A stretch of 64,000 nucleotides of DNA. Origin: the human T2T-CHM13v2.0 reference genome, Homo sapiens. Below are positions 1-14,859 of the stretch, in pieces. The stretch is taken from assembly GCF_009914755.1 (NCBI RefSeq), contig NC_060934.1. One strand, written 5' to 3'. Every line of letters begins with the position of its first letter. Within the stretch, counting starts at the first letter, position 1. Under the pieces are notes generated by a model that saw only the letters and a list, made by a program, of their open reading frames with translations, was not told the DNA's origin and made no database searches. The position numbers and the translations under genes were made by a program.

Positions 1-609
1 CTAGTAAGAGTTGTTTGGGATTCCAGTTAATGTGGTAAGAAATGAAAATACACAATTTATCTCACTTCCTGTCAAGCTCTATTAAAAAGAATAAATGTTA
101 AAAACACCAAAAAAAATCCAAGAGCTTCACAAATGTAAGCATCAGATGTAGGTAGGTGATGAAAACAGGAGGATCACGTGCAACTTTGCATTTCAAACTT
201 CTTGGTCCTTTGATTCATTTCATACAGTTGTATCCCACTACCCCTCCTGTACCTTAAGAAAAGACTCAAATAAAGTTACTCTTTGGAAAAACTGAATCAG
301 AGAAGCCTTTCACTTGAGAAACACCAGACACAGATGAGAGTGGTAAGTGGGGACATACTAGAAACAAGAGGTTTACCAGAAATATTTGTATTAAACAGCA
401 GAAAGGCACACATTGCTTCTGTTCAGTACCTAGAATGCTGGTAGTCAGGCCTATGCCTGAGGCCATCCAGTTTGCAACCATTCCTATATGGGGAGTTTCT
501 AAATAACTTTTTCACTTTTCAGTCTTAAAAATGAATGAACTAATAAATAACACCATGTAGTTGAGAAGCACATTGACATACACACACTCACACGAACACA
601 CACACAGAA

Positions 610-2520
610 ACACACCAGTAGGAACAAACAAAATAAAGAAACCTAGAAAAAAAATCATGTTTATGAGCAAAGCAGTTTCTCAAATATATAGAGAGATAGA
701 TATGTGTATATATATATATATAAAACATTCTCAGAGAAACAAAAAGTTTATTTAATAAGATAAAAATAAGTTCTAAAAAGAAAACATTCAGAGAATGAGG
801 GTTCTAGAGAAATGTTTTTAAAATGATAGAAGAAAATCTATGTGAAAGGTTAGAAGAGAAAGTCAAAGTGAATCTCCCAAACTGTGGTATCATAAAAACG
901 GGAAGATAAATATGATCAAAGAGGGAATGTGAGATCCAATGAAAAAGAGTTCTAGCATGTGGTGGATTGCATTATTGGTCTCAATTGTTGAGCCTCATCA
1001 ACATGCGCATACTTGCGATGGTCTCATCATGGGTGGAATATGTTTCTTTTCTAATGTTACATAAATGAAAGCAAAAGTGTGCTAATATTAAGCCTGTGTC
1101 TTAAGAGGCTTTATTGTTTCCAGTTGCCCTATTGTACATCTGCCATTGCCATGTGAAGAACATACCTAGCTAATTTACTACTCTGAGAGACATATATGGT
1201 GCTGAGTCTCTCGAACTGACTCACACAGACCTGTAGTGTGAAGCAGCACCACTCAGCTAAGACTTGTGAAGCAATCAAACCACAGTAAGAAGCAGAAAAG
1301 TGAGAAAATAAATGAGCATTGTAAAGGTCTACATTCTGGGGTAGTTTGTATCACAGCGACTGCTAACAGAAATACAGAGAGACAGATAAAACAGAAGTCA
1401 TAAAATGGTCAAAGAAATAATTTCAAAAACTGAAGAGAATGTAATGTTGCAAGTTCAAAGGCATAAAGAAGTGTCAAACACAATGAATAATAATAATGAT
1501 TATAATAACAATACAAATCAAGTAACAATTATGATATTAAACAACAAAATGGATATGAAATAACTCCATACTTTCTGGAGGCATTGGTAAGTGTAGTAAA
1601 CGTTTTCATATAAACCATAAAGTGAGAAATCATTAAGTATTGTTAATAGCAACAAGTATCTATGAGACAACTGTAGAGAAATGATTTAAAAACTCTATGG
1701 GGAAATTATTTTCAACTGAGAATTCTATATCCAGGCAATTTATACTCAAGGGTAAGAGTTGAATAAAGGCATGATAGAAATGTAATATCATAGAACGTTT
1801 AAGTCCCAGGGATGCTTCCTTAATAAGCCCTTTGAGGAAATCATTCAACAAAAAAGAGAAATAAAAAAGTATTGTTTAGACTATGCTGACATGAGATCCT
1901 ACGTCTCCAGAAATGCTTCAGGCTTAATGAGCAATAGAATCAAATAGGCGGAAACAAGAAAATGGTATCAGCAAAACAAAATATAAATGATTGTAAAGTG
2001 TGGGAACAAAATAGATTCCCTGCAAACTAAACCGAAGAAAAAATAATGCAATATTTTTCTAACTTCAGGACTTAAAAAATAGTTGTGAAATAATTTTTTA
2101 AAATAGTCATTAAAACCATAGAATTAAGATTAGAATTATGTTCACATAATTAAAATATTATAAATTTACAACTTGTTACATTAGAGCATCAGAGGATTGG
2201 AGTAAGGGAAAGTGTGTTGGGAGGGTTTTTATAGTGGAGTATAAAGTGTGGAGTATAAGTGTAAGGAGTCTAAATCCTTGTTTTTCACAGCTGAAAGTCT
2301 GCAAATAATATCAACCATTGAAAAATCAAGAGTCACACACACAGTAGCTTCCAAGGAAGAGCTAGGATAAAACTGGTTAACACTGGGTTGTGTGAATAAT
2401 TTGGGGGAGAAAGAGACAGAGGGTTGTTAATCTGTTTCATTATGAATTTTATGGTACTATTCAACATCTAAATCTGGATACATATTACTTGATAAAATTG
2501 ATCTTAAAGAAAAAACAACA
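610..2520 (+). mobile_element. HAL1 / old L1 ORF1-like element, decayed, interrupted by an MLT1 LTR
   Basis: A-rich ORF1-like text (aaacattcagagaat...ggttagaagagaaagtcaaagtgaatctccc; agaattctatatccaggcaatttatactcaag, resembling ILYPAKLS). HAL1-type 3' end at ~2430-2510 (ctgtttcattatgaattttatggtactattcaac...tattacttgataaaa). Boundaries approximate. Confidence 0.6.
958..1376 (+). mobile_element. MaLR solo LTR (MLT1H/I/J group)
   Basis: TG...CA termini (tgtggtggattgcattatt ... ctaacagaaataca), internal ctgccattgccatgtgaagaaca, and aataaat...ggggtagtttgtatcacagc typical of the MLT1 3' end. Confidence 0.75.
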
Positions 2521-5347
2521 GTTTAAAATAATTAAGAAACTAAAATACAAAGTGAAAAAGGAGACAGGGGGATCGTAATTCCATAGGCATCTAATGACCT
2601 GGCTAAGCTAGTTCTAACCTTCTCAGTTGTCAGAAATCAAACATGGAACTGCATTTTTCACAAGACTAAGCGCAAAAACTTACAGAGTAGGTTAGATTTT
2701 TTTTACACTAACATCACTCTGTAATAAATATCTCATCTGTGAAAAATAAATCAAGATTCACCTATATTTTCAAAGTACAATTCTTTAAAAATATTTGTTC
2801 TTCCATATCCTGGGAAAATGTGTGTTACAGGATGAGTTTATACCTGCAAAATCATTTCCAATTTATAAAAATATGGGGCCCGTGAATAATTACTGCAGCA
2901 GACAAAAACACAATTTTTTTCAGTAGGAAACTTGAGAATTTTTGATTAAGTAAACATTTCAAAGTGTAGAACTTCTTACTAGTTATTGCAGACATCTGAA
3001 TGGTGAAAGGGCAATGATTAACTACGGAAATGTATTTATATCCTCAGTTTCTGTCTGATGCAAATCTCTCAAAATATATTAATAATCATGATTACTAATG
3101 TCTAAAATATTTTCCTGAAGGTCCCACAATAGTTGGAAAAGTAATTTATAAGAAAGCCAATATACTCAGACCTCTTTGTTGTGTACTTAGGAGAACAAAC
3201 TTCAAAATTGAAAACAATAAATTCAGTTGCTGATACATTTCTTAATTTTTCATTCTACTGAGATTAAGAAGCCACCCTATTCAGGAATAAGTAAGAAAGA
3301 ATTAATTGTTAATTAAACAGAATTTTCAATTCTTTTATCAGGTTTGATTCTATCATCTTAAGTAGACAATCATAAGCTAAATCTCATACTTTATATTTAA
3401 TCCCAATGTGTGCTAATGAATATGCTTAATATAATATTTGTAATCAAATTTATAGATAGATCTAGGCATTGATTGAGGTAATTATTCTCATTAAAGGTTG
3501 CCTTTAAATTGAGTAAAAATAATTCTAAATATTTTTAAGTATAGAGACAATCTCAAAAATGTCACCAATCACCTCATTCTCATTGTAAAACCTCATTTTA
3601 CATCCAAAGCTTGGCTTGCTGCCTATTCTGTCAATGTTCCAGTACAGAATGGTACCACTACCTGCTATTACAGGACTTTAGGATTCTTTTTACTATTTTG
3701 TACAATGTTGGTTCCATCAGAAACAAATGCGGATTTGCAAGTACCCCAGAAACCTAAGCTGGACAGAATTTAACATAACAAATCATAGGAGACTCATGAC
3801 AACAGGCAATAAAATACAAAGAGTACACCTACAATGCAGTGTCTATCCATATGTATTGGAGTTATTAGAAAGATTGCCCTGTCTAAAATGAGAGGTCAAA
3901 ATATGGTGGTGAGGAAGATATATGCAAAATAACAGGTGAATACAATTTTTAAAGAACTAAAACTAAAAAGGGACATGAAGAAAAGATAGAATACTTTAGT
4001 TAAAACGTCCTATACAAAACGAAATATATGATAGGAATAATAAAATTGTATAGATTTTTATATTAATCTTAAAGACCTGAGATACCTATTAGGACTATCA
4101 CTACAAATTTTAATTATCTTCTTTGATGGCAACATTTCATTTGTCTTTCAGGCTTCTCATTTTAAGAAAAGGTGAATACGAGAACCCTTGGGTCATAGAT
4201 TCTGTTTTTTTCACTAATTTTTTTTCTGAGGACAGTAAGTGTTCAGTTGTGCCAGAAGAACATTACAGTGTTCGTTTTCACTTCCAACACCCTCAAAATA
4301 CATTAATGAGGACTTCATAACATCACCAGGTAAGCCAATCATTTTGAGTGTAGGTATTTCTGAGGACTCTGGGAACATATAAACAAATAAAATAAAAAAG
4401 ACACGCATTAAAACATGGCTTAAAGCATTTTTTTTATTTTAACCTTTACTTATTTAGAAAATCCTTCTGAGGAACTAAGGGGATATGCAATAGTGTTCTA
4501 TAATATCAAGCTACATGCATAATGTAGGTAATGACTTCTAATGTAATCTGGAAAATCCAGTTAGGCTGCCAGAAGAGGAATGAAACCTGAGACAAGCTAA
4601 GAGTGAATGGACAGCTCAGCTCAGTGCAATCATAACATATAATTATTTCCCAGGCTCGTTTATACATGAGAAAAGTTTATCAAGGTCTCAAAGAGTCTGA
4701 AGGAATAAAAAAAATGGTCAGTGATGAGAGGCACTGTCACTTTGGATAACAGATTACACTCACTCTTAGGAGATGGCTTAAGACAACAAGTAGAGCAAAG
4801 TTAGAAATAGGCTACAGGCATCTGCTGAGTTTGACAGCCCTGAAATCTTCAGGAACGCACCTAATAGCCTAATACCAGTGTAGTTGAGCCCTCTCCGGCA
4901 TTTACCTACAGAGTTAAATGATCAGAACTCTTTTGGTACTAAAGGCAAATTATCAAAGACATCAAATGTTGTACAATTTTTTTTTACTGGTACATTGTTC
5001 AAATTCATTGCAATTTTCAGTAGTTCTATTGTATAGTCTTGATATGGTCACTTAAAAGAAGTACACACTTTCTGCTACCAGGTTTTCTTTTCAAGCACTG
5101 GCACTTTCCTAGTTGTTTGATAAGGTATATGTGTTACTGTAGAATCTATTTTTGTCTTGTGTGAGCTCACATCAATGCTATTGACACTAAAAAAGAGACT
5201 GGTTCCGATTATCCAGCTAAGCAATCTCCCATATCACCTATCACCTCTAATCCTCTGACACACAAATGTTCTTCCAGGTCTCTCAAATATGAATAAAACA
5301 TGTGAAAATTATATTTTAAGAATTAGATACATGGAAGAAGGGGTAAG

Positions 5348-5350
<3 letters not shown>

Positions 5351-5380
<30 letters not shown>
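5351..5380. repeat. (TA)15 microsatellite
   Basis: Read directly. Confidence 0.95.
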
Positions 5381-5383
<3 letters not shown>

Positions 5384-5409
5384 TGATCCTGACATACCAT
5401 ATAAGCTAA

Positions 5410-5562
5410 CTCTAACATTTACATAGAGAATTGCAAAGGAGATTTCAGAGAGCTACAATGGCATGATAGGCCAGGAAGTTCTCAGGAATGAGCACAACTC
5501 GGGTCTAAATATGGGTTTTCTGAACCTAGAGCCCATGCTCTTTTCATTATGCCACACTGCCC
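5410..5562 (-). mobile_element. MIR fragment
   Basis: ctagagcccatgctcttttcattatgccacactgcc matches the reverse complement of the MIR 5' end. Confidence 0.55.
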
Positions 5563-5611
5563 TGGCCTATGTGTGTCGCATTCCCTCTTCCTCTAAAATA
5601 AAACAGTTTGG

Positions 5612-5978
<367 letters not shown>

Positions 5979-8890
5979 TCATTCAGAATTCATTTTAAGT
6001 AGTAAATATTGTAAAAATGAATTCATTCAGAAGCTCATGAAACATGTGTGATACTACCAAAGATCCAAAATTAAATATACACAGCTTGGTTCAGGATGAT
6101 TTTCACGGAGAAAACCTATATTATTTTTAGCTCCGATTCTGAGTTGACATCTATATTAAGTGAAAAGCCAAATACAAAGTGTGTGCATGTACACATCTAT
6201 CTATTACCTATTTATCTAACTATGTTTAATGATTATCTGATTGTTTCTAAACACTTGAAATTACACAGCTTTAGCTATATCTCTCAAGATAGGTCTCTGT
6301 TCTCTATTTTGAAAGAAGGCAAGATATCACAACATATTCCAGGATATCGAAAAATGCAGTTATATCTGAATAGTTATACCAATTGTGAATAAATGTATTT
6401 TAAGTATTGATATGACTAAATAGTTTATTAGTGTCTTAAAAATGTTGTATATTAGAAATAAAGAGATATTTTTGTCTTTCCATTTTTGCATACCCTTTTA
6501 TTAGACAGAATAATACTCTGATTAAGACAGTTATATTCAAGGATATCCTTGAATGAGGGTAAGTTTGAAAAATGATTACATACCTATTTTAAGTACCTTT
6601 GAAACTGCATTTTATGAGTGCCTCTTAAAACCAAAGACGAGTGTAAATGCCATTGTGTTAAGTTGTCTCTGAAGTAAACTTAATTATCCACATGTTTGGC
6701 CTGCACGTTACCTTGACCCATAGCCAGAAACTAACTCAGGGAAACTTCAGAGATAATAGGACCCTAGAGGGCAGATACAGGCCAAGGTTAGAGTACAGTA
6801 TTTGTCCCATCCTGAATTCACCTAGGAAGGTTTGCTGTATAATGCTTATGTTCCAATTTTGTTACAGGAATCTAGATTCTGGTTTCCTTTCTTATCCTAA
6901 CACTAAGCCCACAATAGAAATAGTGAATAATTCATTCTAGCATTCAGAAAATAATCAAAATGCATTTTTCTTATCAATATATTTTGTTCTTTTATGGTGT
7001 ATACTCCAGAATCTGAAATGCTGCATTTAATGTTTTCTTAGTAAACCTCTTTGATTTTGAGACAAAAATACTGAACTAAACAACCAACAAACCAACAAAC
7101 CCCCCAGAAACAAATTTCCACTGGCAACATTTCAACAGTATTAATCATATTAATAGGCACAAAAAAACTAGTGTTGTTGGGTGATGACTAACCTAGCTAC
7201 TGAAATATAAGTCAAAAACATTCAGAATAAAGGATGTCAGACAATAAATCTTGATATCCTAGTAATACCTTCAAAGAGTATATACTATTTCTTAAATATT
7301 AAATGCAGAGTAGGATTTACCTAGAAGAGGCCTTGGAATACAGAACAGTAAAGGTAGAGAATAAGCAAGGGCTTTAAGAATATAAAGCACTATCTCTGCA
7401 TTTGTTGAATTTATATTTTAATTTTAAAAACATATAAATACAAATAAACTAAATACCTCTACATGTATTCATTGTCATATCTAAAAGTAAGAACTAGTCT
7501 AAATCTCAGAGTCATTTGAGGGTTAAGCAAGCTGAGACATTATTCCCTATGAAGCATTTAGCCCTGTGCTTTCAGTCTGCTTTTCCAGTCTCTGCATGTG
7601 TCAAGCTGAATGTTGGGACATCACATGTGAAAATACAAGATCATCAGCAAGAGGATAGGTGGATTAGATGCCCTCCCACATGATAACATTTTCTGATTTG
7701 AAATACAGACAATAAAATATTGTTTTCTTACTGCAGCGGATCTGACATAGCACCTGTACATGCATGTTTAGGTTTTGTAATAGAAATATGACAGAAAAGA
7801 TGCTGAGTAGGAAGCTATGAAAAATACTCAAAAGCCAACCTCTTTATGGTAACCTCCTAGCTTGTTTAAATTACCATGCCTACCTCTTCTCCAGCCTTGT
7901 TCATTTTCTCAGCCACTTCCTTTTCCTGAACTTTGATTCTGATTTGATGCATGCATATACTGAAAAAAGTTTGCCACCAGTTTGGGGGTTTCGGGGGGTC
8001 AACTAGATTCTATGTTTACTTCTCAGTCCCATTTCCCTGGCTTCAACTACAATTCCTCTAGATGATAATGCTGGATACTGACCCTGACTATAGGGCCCTT
8101 TCCACAAGTGACTGCAAACACTCTCCCAATTCCAATTCCAAGCCAACCTTCATGCTCTCCTACCTCTATACCTTAGGTAGTGCATCCACCAGGCTTCTTC
8201 TTGCATTAAAATACCATTCTTTATATCTTGAAATAAAAGACTATCCCTCGAGGATATCTCATTTAGCTTCTGCTATATCTGGAGAATCTAAGAGTACCAA
8301 ATTATGAATATTTGTCATTTTCACCCCTTCACATCAGAATAAAATCCCATATACAATAAAAAGGAAAAAAATGTTTTTTACTTTTATGTAATTATAAAAC
8401 ACCAGAGAAGAGAAATTTTTGTCTTATTCTATAAAATAATTCAAAGAATTTTAAAGAAATGATTCCGTTGACCAGACCATAACATAGAAAGATATTATGG
8501 ATAGTTATATTTATAAGAATGTGTCTCATTCAATATTTAAAACAAATCTGCACATTATTATTCTGATAATCTAATACTAAAAGCTTCATTTATGATACTA
8601 TGTGCCATTTAAAGGAACTTTTCAGAATACATGCAAAGTAATTTAGCTTATAAATTAAGAATTGCTTAGCAAAGTTGTTTTTTTCTTTTTTTATTAACAG
8701 TTTAAACTGCTGGATCAGCCCTTAAATACAAAGTAAGTTCAATAATATATAATTTCCCCCCAATTTAAAGGGGATTACAGTATTGAAACTGAGAAAAACA
8801 AAACTATAAAAAAAATCGAATTGTAATATCCTATGTAATTGCCTTTTTGAGTTGTTAGTAATATTTCTATCTTAGAAGTTTAGCTAGATA

Positions 8891-9220
<330 letters not shown>

Positions 9221-9469
9221 CTATTGGCAAATAAAATATAAATGATACTGAAACACTTGTCAAGCCTCTTAAAGTTTTGCTTTTCCTGAGTTTTATTACG
9301 AAATTAATAGAGTATATATAAATAAATATACATATATACACACAAACACACATATTTATACACATGTATACAATGTATATATGCATACATATCTTCATCT
9401 TATGCTTTATGTAAGTGCTTACAAATAGTACCTAGATATTGCTCTGTGCCCTCAGTTAATGTTGTGTGT

Positions 9470-9615
9470 TGCGTGGTATATTATAGTAAAAGTACAAATG
9501 GTCTTTGAATAAGAAAATCTGGGTTCAAACCCAGTAGGCCGTTTTCTGCCTTTACCTAAGCACAAACTAATATGCTTTCAATACTCATCTGTAAAATGAG
9601 GATAGTAACTCCAAC
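9470..9615 (+). mobile_element. MIR fragment
   Basis: atctgggttcaaacccag and the MIR core ctcatctgtaaaatgaggatagtaa. Confidence 0.7.
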
Positions 9616-10271
9616 CCAGCAAATAGACTACACCCAAATATAACTGCGTCTTGTGGAAGCATGCAGTCATCATGAATTGTATATTATTATTTATAGTTCA
9701 CTAACTACAATGTAAAACATCTCTGGAAGATAAAATATTCTTCTGTGTGTTCACACTATATTTATCCTTAAGTTTTTTTCAAGATTACAATTCAGATCAT
9801 GTTATACCAAGCAAATTCTAGCATTCAGATCCTTAATATGACACTAAAAAACAGCTGGAAGTTACCATATAGTATCAACAATTACCATTTGTGAAAACCA
9901 TAGCACAATTCTAATATTTAAAAATCATTATCAGAACTATCATACAACTTTAGACATTTCAATACTGTACTGTTTCTTCGTTGCTGTGATAGATTATTAA
10001 TTGAAAAAAAAGGTGAATAAGTATTTTTGCTTACCTTCTATTCAACATAAGAATAACATACTCTAATTCACTGAGCATACAAATTAGTATAGCTCTTTTT
10101 GAGGACAATTTGCCTGTATAAAAAATGTAATTATTTATTAATGACCTCCTCAATTTCAAATTAATCTATTGATATGTTTATAGACAAGGCACCCCACAAG
10201 AAATGATAACATATAATTTACCATCAGTAGAGGACTTGTTTTAAGAAGTCTTAAGATATTTGTGATTTGAG

Positions 10272-10505
10272 TGTTAAATTAAGTAAGCAGGAAGCCATCA
10301 ACCTGAGGCTGTCTTCTTACACCGAGTTCCTACGTAATGAACTACAACCTTACTTAGTATATACATAAACGAACTAAATCTTGATTTAGTATTATAACAG
10401 TTTCAACCAATCACAGATAGCCAACTCATCATGGCTGTTAAGGTGGGCGTGATAGGGCATATGCCAGTTGTAGTCAATCAGATAATTTTTCTATATGGCT
10501 TCAAC
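10272..10505 (+). mobile_element. ERV1 LTR 5' part (MER57/MER93 group)
   Basis: Starts tgttaaattaag...gccatcaacctgaggctg...gagttcctacgtaa and has ccaatca boxes (tttcaaccaatcacag, gtagtcaatcag) typical of this LTR group. Confidence 0.6.
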
Positions 10506-10559
10506 TCTGCTTAATTTATCTAAAGTTTTTCTTCTAACATGAGAAAAGCAAAATACATA

Positions 10560-10795
10560 ATAGCATCTATGGATGTGATGCTTTTTGGCAAACAAAAAAA
10601 AATCATGACGTGTGTGCTTATAAGTTCATACTTTTATTTGCATGTGTATTTTGAAATATAACAGGAAAATATTCATAGTAGTTACCTATGGAGAGAGGGA
10701 CTGGAGAGGCGAGCAAGAAAAGTTATCTCTTTGCTTTTTGTCTGTACATGTGGTTTGAAATCTTAAAACTGTAAATTTTATATTTTAATGGTGAA
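10560..10795 (+). mobile_element. L1ME 3' UTR fragment
   Basis: atagtagttacctatggagagagggactggag followed by a T-rich stretch resembles the L1ME3/4 3' end. Confidence 0.4.
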
Positions 10796-13164
10796 GAAAA
10801 TATATGAACATTATGATCATTTATTTCCTTCATGCATTCTGTGTTAAACGTCTCATAAATAATGCAACTGTTGAATTCACCAACTCTTGTTTATCCTGTG
10901 TTTGTGGTATAAAATGTCATTTCATGGGAGCAGAAACCAGTCCATTTACCTTTGGGTGCTTCTGTTTAAATAGGTGGGAAGAAAACCTTATTGAATATTT
11001 TCAATCTATAACACTAATTATGCAATATTTTCAAAATATATTTTGGATAAAAATAAAATTACCTAAAACTTTTATTGGATAAGGACTGAATTATGTAAGA
11101 ATCATAAATTTAGGTATGCCAATGAGAGTCTAAATTGACAGCCTTGTCTGGTTCTGAAAAAAAAATTGCTCTAAATCATTTTTGGAAACCATAGATGATA
11201 GATGATAATGCTGTTGAGTCTGGTTCTGTGAACACTTCATCTTGTGAAAGTTCTGAGCAGTAACTGGTAATTAGTATTAGAGGCTTTATCATTCTTCCTG
11301 AGCAAATTATCAGAAAGAATGCTATATTTTCTGAATGAAATCACCAATTAATCATGCCACTGAGCTTAACTGTACCACTAGTGAAGACATACAAATATGG
11401 TGGGAATGTTTCTTTTTAAAAGACTGTTGAATACCAAAATCTAGAATTACATGAGCTGAGCATACAATGTGAAAGTACGAAGTCCTAAAACGGCATATCA
11501 CAAATTTCTGTTTCAAAAGGAAAGGTGGGAAGGGTATCTATACTTGAATATCCTAAAAAACTCAAACATTATCAAAGTAATTACAGAAAACTGAGTCATT
11601 TATTTAGGGCAATTCAACATTTTTAAATAAATTAGGAATTATTAACTACCACATGCTTGTTGCCACACAGAATAATCAACTAAAATTCAATAATCTTTGT
11701 TGAAGTAGCTTGTACTCATTTTGCATTAATATGCAATTAAACATAAACATTGATGTTACATGATCTTATATGATTTTTTGTGTACCAGATCATGTACTCT
11801 TACTTAGTGTGTCCATGTGTGATATGTGTAAAGCAGTTTTTCTTGATGCAAACATGCATCGCTTTTTACTAGATGACAGTTTTTAGAGAAAAGGCATGGA
11901 GTTTTAGAATTAAAACCTACTCAGTGTTCTTTGCAATCTGCTGTGGGTATCCAAGAAGGGCCAGACCCTTCTTATGTTTTCAGGAGAGAAAACAATTAAT
12001 TAGCAAGTTCCAATATGTTTCCAAAACTAAAGCTAGGATAGGGTGGATGACCTGGTACCAAGATACCCCTGAGGGCCCGACGGCTTCCTTTTATATGCTG
12101 ATGGGTTTCATTATGATTCTTACAGAAAGAAGCCAGACATTTTTAGGCTAGACTGCATATGGCAGGTTAAACCAATAATCCTCTTTTGTATTTCCCATAA
12201 ATCATTTTCAAAGTTAAAATTGTATTTGCAGTCTATATACTGAATGTCACTGTATGTGTCACTATATTAATAAGTCGGCTAACTATTCTCTTGGATTAGT
12301 ATTTATAAAGTAGCAATATGTCTTTTAGTTTTCTTAGATATTTAGAAAGCACAGGCTTATTAGATTTCTAGTGATCTAATCCTGAGTACAACATAAGGAA
12401 TCATTGCACATGCATATATAGAGGATTAAACCACTTTGGAAATATTAGATAATATATATTTGGTTCATTATAAATCTTGTAGGATTCTGTATTACCTAAT
12501 AAATAATGGAATCTTCCACATGTGTTTTCAGTATTAGTTTATTCCAAAGGGATCCTTTAACTTTTAAACATATAAGATAAACTTTTAAATGGTTTGATTA
12601 CAAACTCTAAATATATTGACATTGATTTGTGAATATCTTCTCCCTTTTAAATGCAATATACCAAGAACTCAATAAAGCCATAGAGGGTCTTCACTTGCAG
12701 GTTCTGCTGATGACTCGAATATAATAAAGAACATGTAATAATGATACAGTGAAAGAGTTAACCCAGATTTGTTTCTTCTGTACATTTGATTTTGAAAAGG
12801 CAATTAACTTCTCTTATCTATAAAATATCCTTAAAGAATCTTATGATTCCTCTTAATCATACCATTTAAATTTGTCTGTTTTAAAGAAAAATACAAATTT
12901 AGGGCATGACATTGCAAACAGCCTAAGCAACCTTGTCTCCATTTAATCTGTTCTCATTAGTGGCAAATAAATAAGAAACACCAGTGTCTATCAGATGTCA
13001 GCATTATAGCTCTAAAATATAAACTTGGTATTTTTAGGTAAAGCATGATGAATAGCAGAACTAAAATATCTAAAGGGGTGAAACCAGTAAGGCAAGAATC
13101 ATCAAGAAGTAACCAATAGGTAACAGAGAAAACATAAAGCAGAGTTCCTTTGCAGATAAAATTC

Positions 13165-14830
13165 TTCATTCATTAATCAAAGTTTATCAAATGCTGTTAA
13201 ATGACAGACAATGTGCTATGTTTTGTAGACAATACGTACAGACTAGTGAGACAAAAACACTAAAACGGTAAATGACTAAAAATAGTTTTAGGTGTCTACT
13301 CAAAAAGTTTATAACTATAAGAACATGCAATAGAGAACTACAGGCAATTTGGACTATAACATTGAACGCAGAAACTTGTTTGAGAACAAGTACAAAGTGA
13401 TTCTGCTTTCTCCTGCAGAATGAGGATGCACAATTGCTGGTGCTAGGTTTGACTTAAGAACCAGATAAAGGGAAGTACAGAGATTATTATGTTAAGTTCT
13501 TATGGAATGATGATACAAGCAAAAGTACAAGACAACAGTGTTCAGGAAAGAATTGATTATCATTCTTAAGTCTGAAGGACCCTAAATAAATAGAGAGGGC
13601 AATTAGCAGCCGAGTGTCCTTGGAGGCAAAAAAAAAAAAGAAGGAAAGAAAAAAATAAATCTTGCCAAATATTCACGGTAAATTACCCTAATTTGTGTAG
13701 CTACTTCATTCCTAGGAATTTTTGAATCCTTAGCTAAATGAACCAGAAAAATGCAGTTTTCTCCCGCTTATCTGAAATCCAATGGAGTAAATGATTGAAA
13801 AGAGATTAGGCTGTAGTGCTAAGCAGAGGTCAATAATGATTACCCTATACTTTTTTATGTAATTTGAATTTTATCTGGAGAGAAATGAAGAACATTTGAA
13901 TGGCTTTAATGAGAAAGTATCATGATATCATCTAAAATTTATGTGAGCAAGGCTGAAGTGGGAAGAAGTGATTGGAACACAATATTAGAAATGATTAAGC
14001 AATGAAAAATGGTGGCCATGAGCCTCATAATTGGTAGTGGTTACAGGGTAAGAGAAAAGGTGGAGAATCAAAAAGATATTTAAGTGGTTGACTAGAAGGA
14101 CTTAATGACTGGCTAAGAGAGAGGAAAACACTTAAGGTTTAGTCTGGGCAAATGGTTAATGTTGGTGAGTTTAAGAAATCTGGAAGACCTTAGCAGGTAG
14201 AAGGCCATGAGACATATTTATTTTGGTGCACTGAAGTGGCTATGTGAGTGGTTATGTTCAAACTTCAATTAAAAATATAACTAAAAAAAGAAAATTATTA
14301 AAGAATAATTGAATGATTACACTGGAGAAAATAACTGGGAGATCATGGGCACTGAATGGTAACTGCAATCATAAAAATGGATGAAGTAGTCCAGATGGAG
14401 CATGGACCGTTGACAAGAAAAACCAGAACAGAACCCCACAGAACAAAAGTGATTGTGGAATGTGAAGAAAACAGGAACTGACAAAGAAAACAGGAATGCC
14501 ACAGAGTTGGGGGTACGAATCAGGAGAATGATGCCACCTGTTAACAAAAGATATTGTTTCTAAAAATAATGATGTAAAAGAATATTATTAATATTATTTT
14601 AATATCTTATTAGTGGGTATTATATTTCATTATTCTTATATTATTATTGTATTCTATATTACTCTTATATTATTATCATGTGTATTGGGATGGCTAAAAT
14701 AAAAGTATTGGTGAGACTATGGAAGCACATTTAATGTAGTAGGCACTATACTAGAATCAGTTAAAACGCAATAGAAGGAAGTGGAGAAAGCCATTGTAGG
14801 AACCTCCTTCGAGAATTATTTGTTTCATTT
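13165..14830 (-). mobile_element. L2 LINE, fragmented
   Basis: L2 3' terminus ttcattcatt at 13165; internal gaattttatctggagagaaatgaagaacatttgaatggc...catgatatcatctaaaattt; atggatgaagtagtccag. Confidence 0.6.
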
Positions 14831-14859
14831 TGGGTGGGTTCTACTGATAAGTCTACAAT

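Noticed and set aside
4123-4320. LLILRKGEY resembles a beta/gamma-crystallin motif
   Set aside because: Only a few residues match, the rest of the Greek-key pattern is absent, and the frame stops early.
10030-10125. Minus-strand exon-like pair (cttac ... ctgtataaaaaa)
   Set aside because: It overlaps decayed L1ME-like text (ctttttgaggacaatttg) and has no other support.
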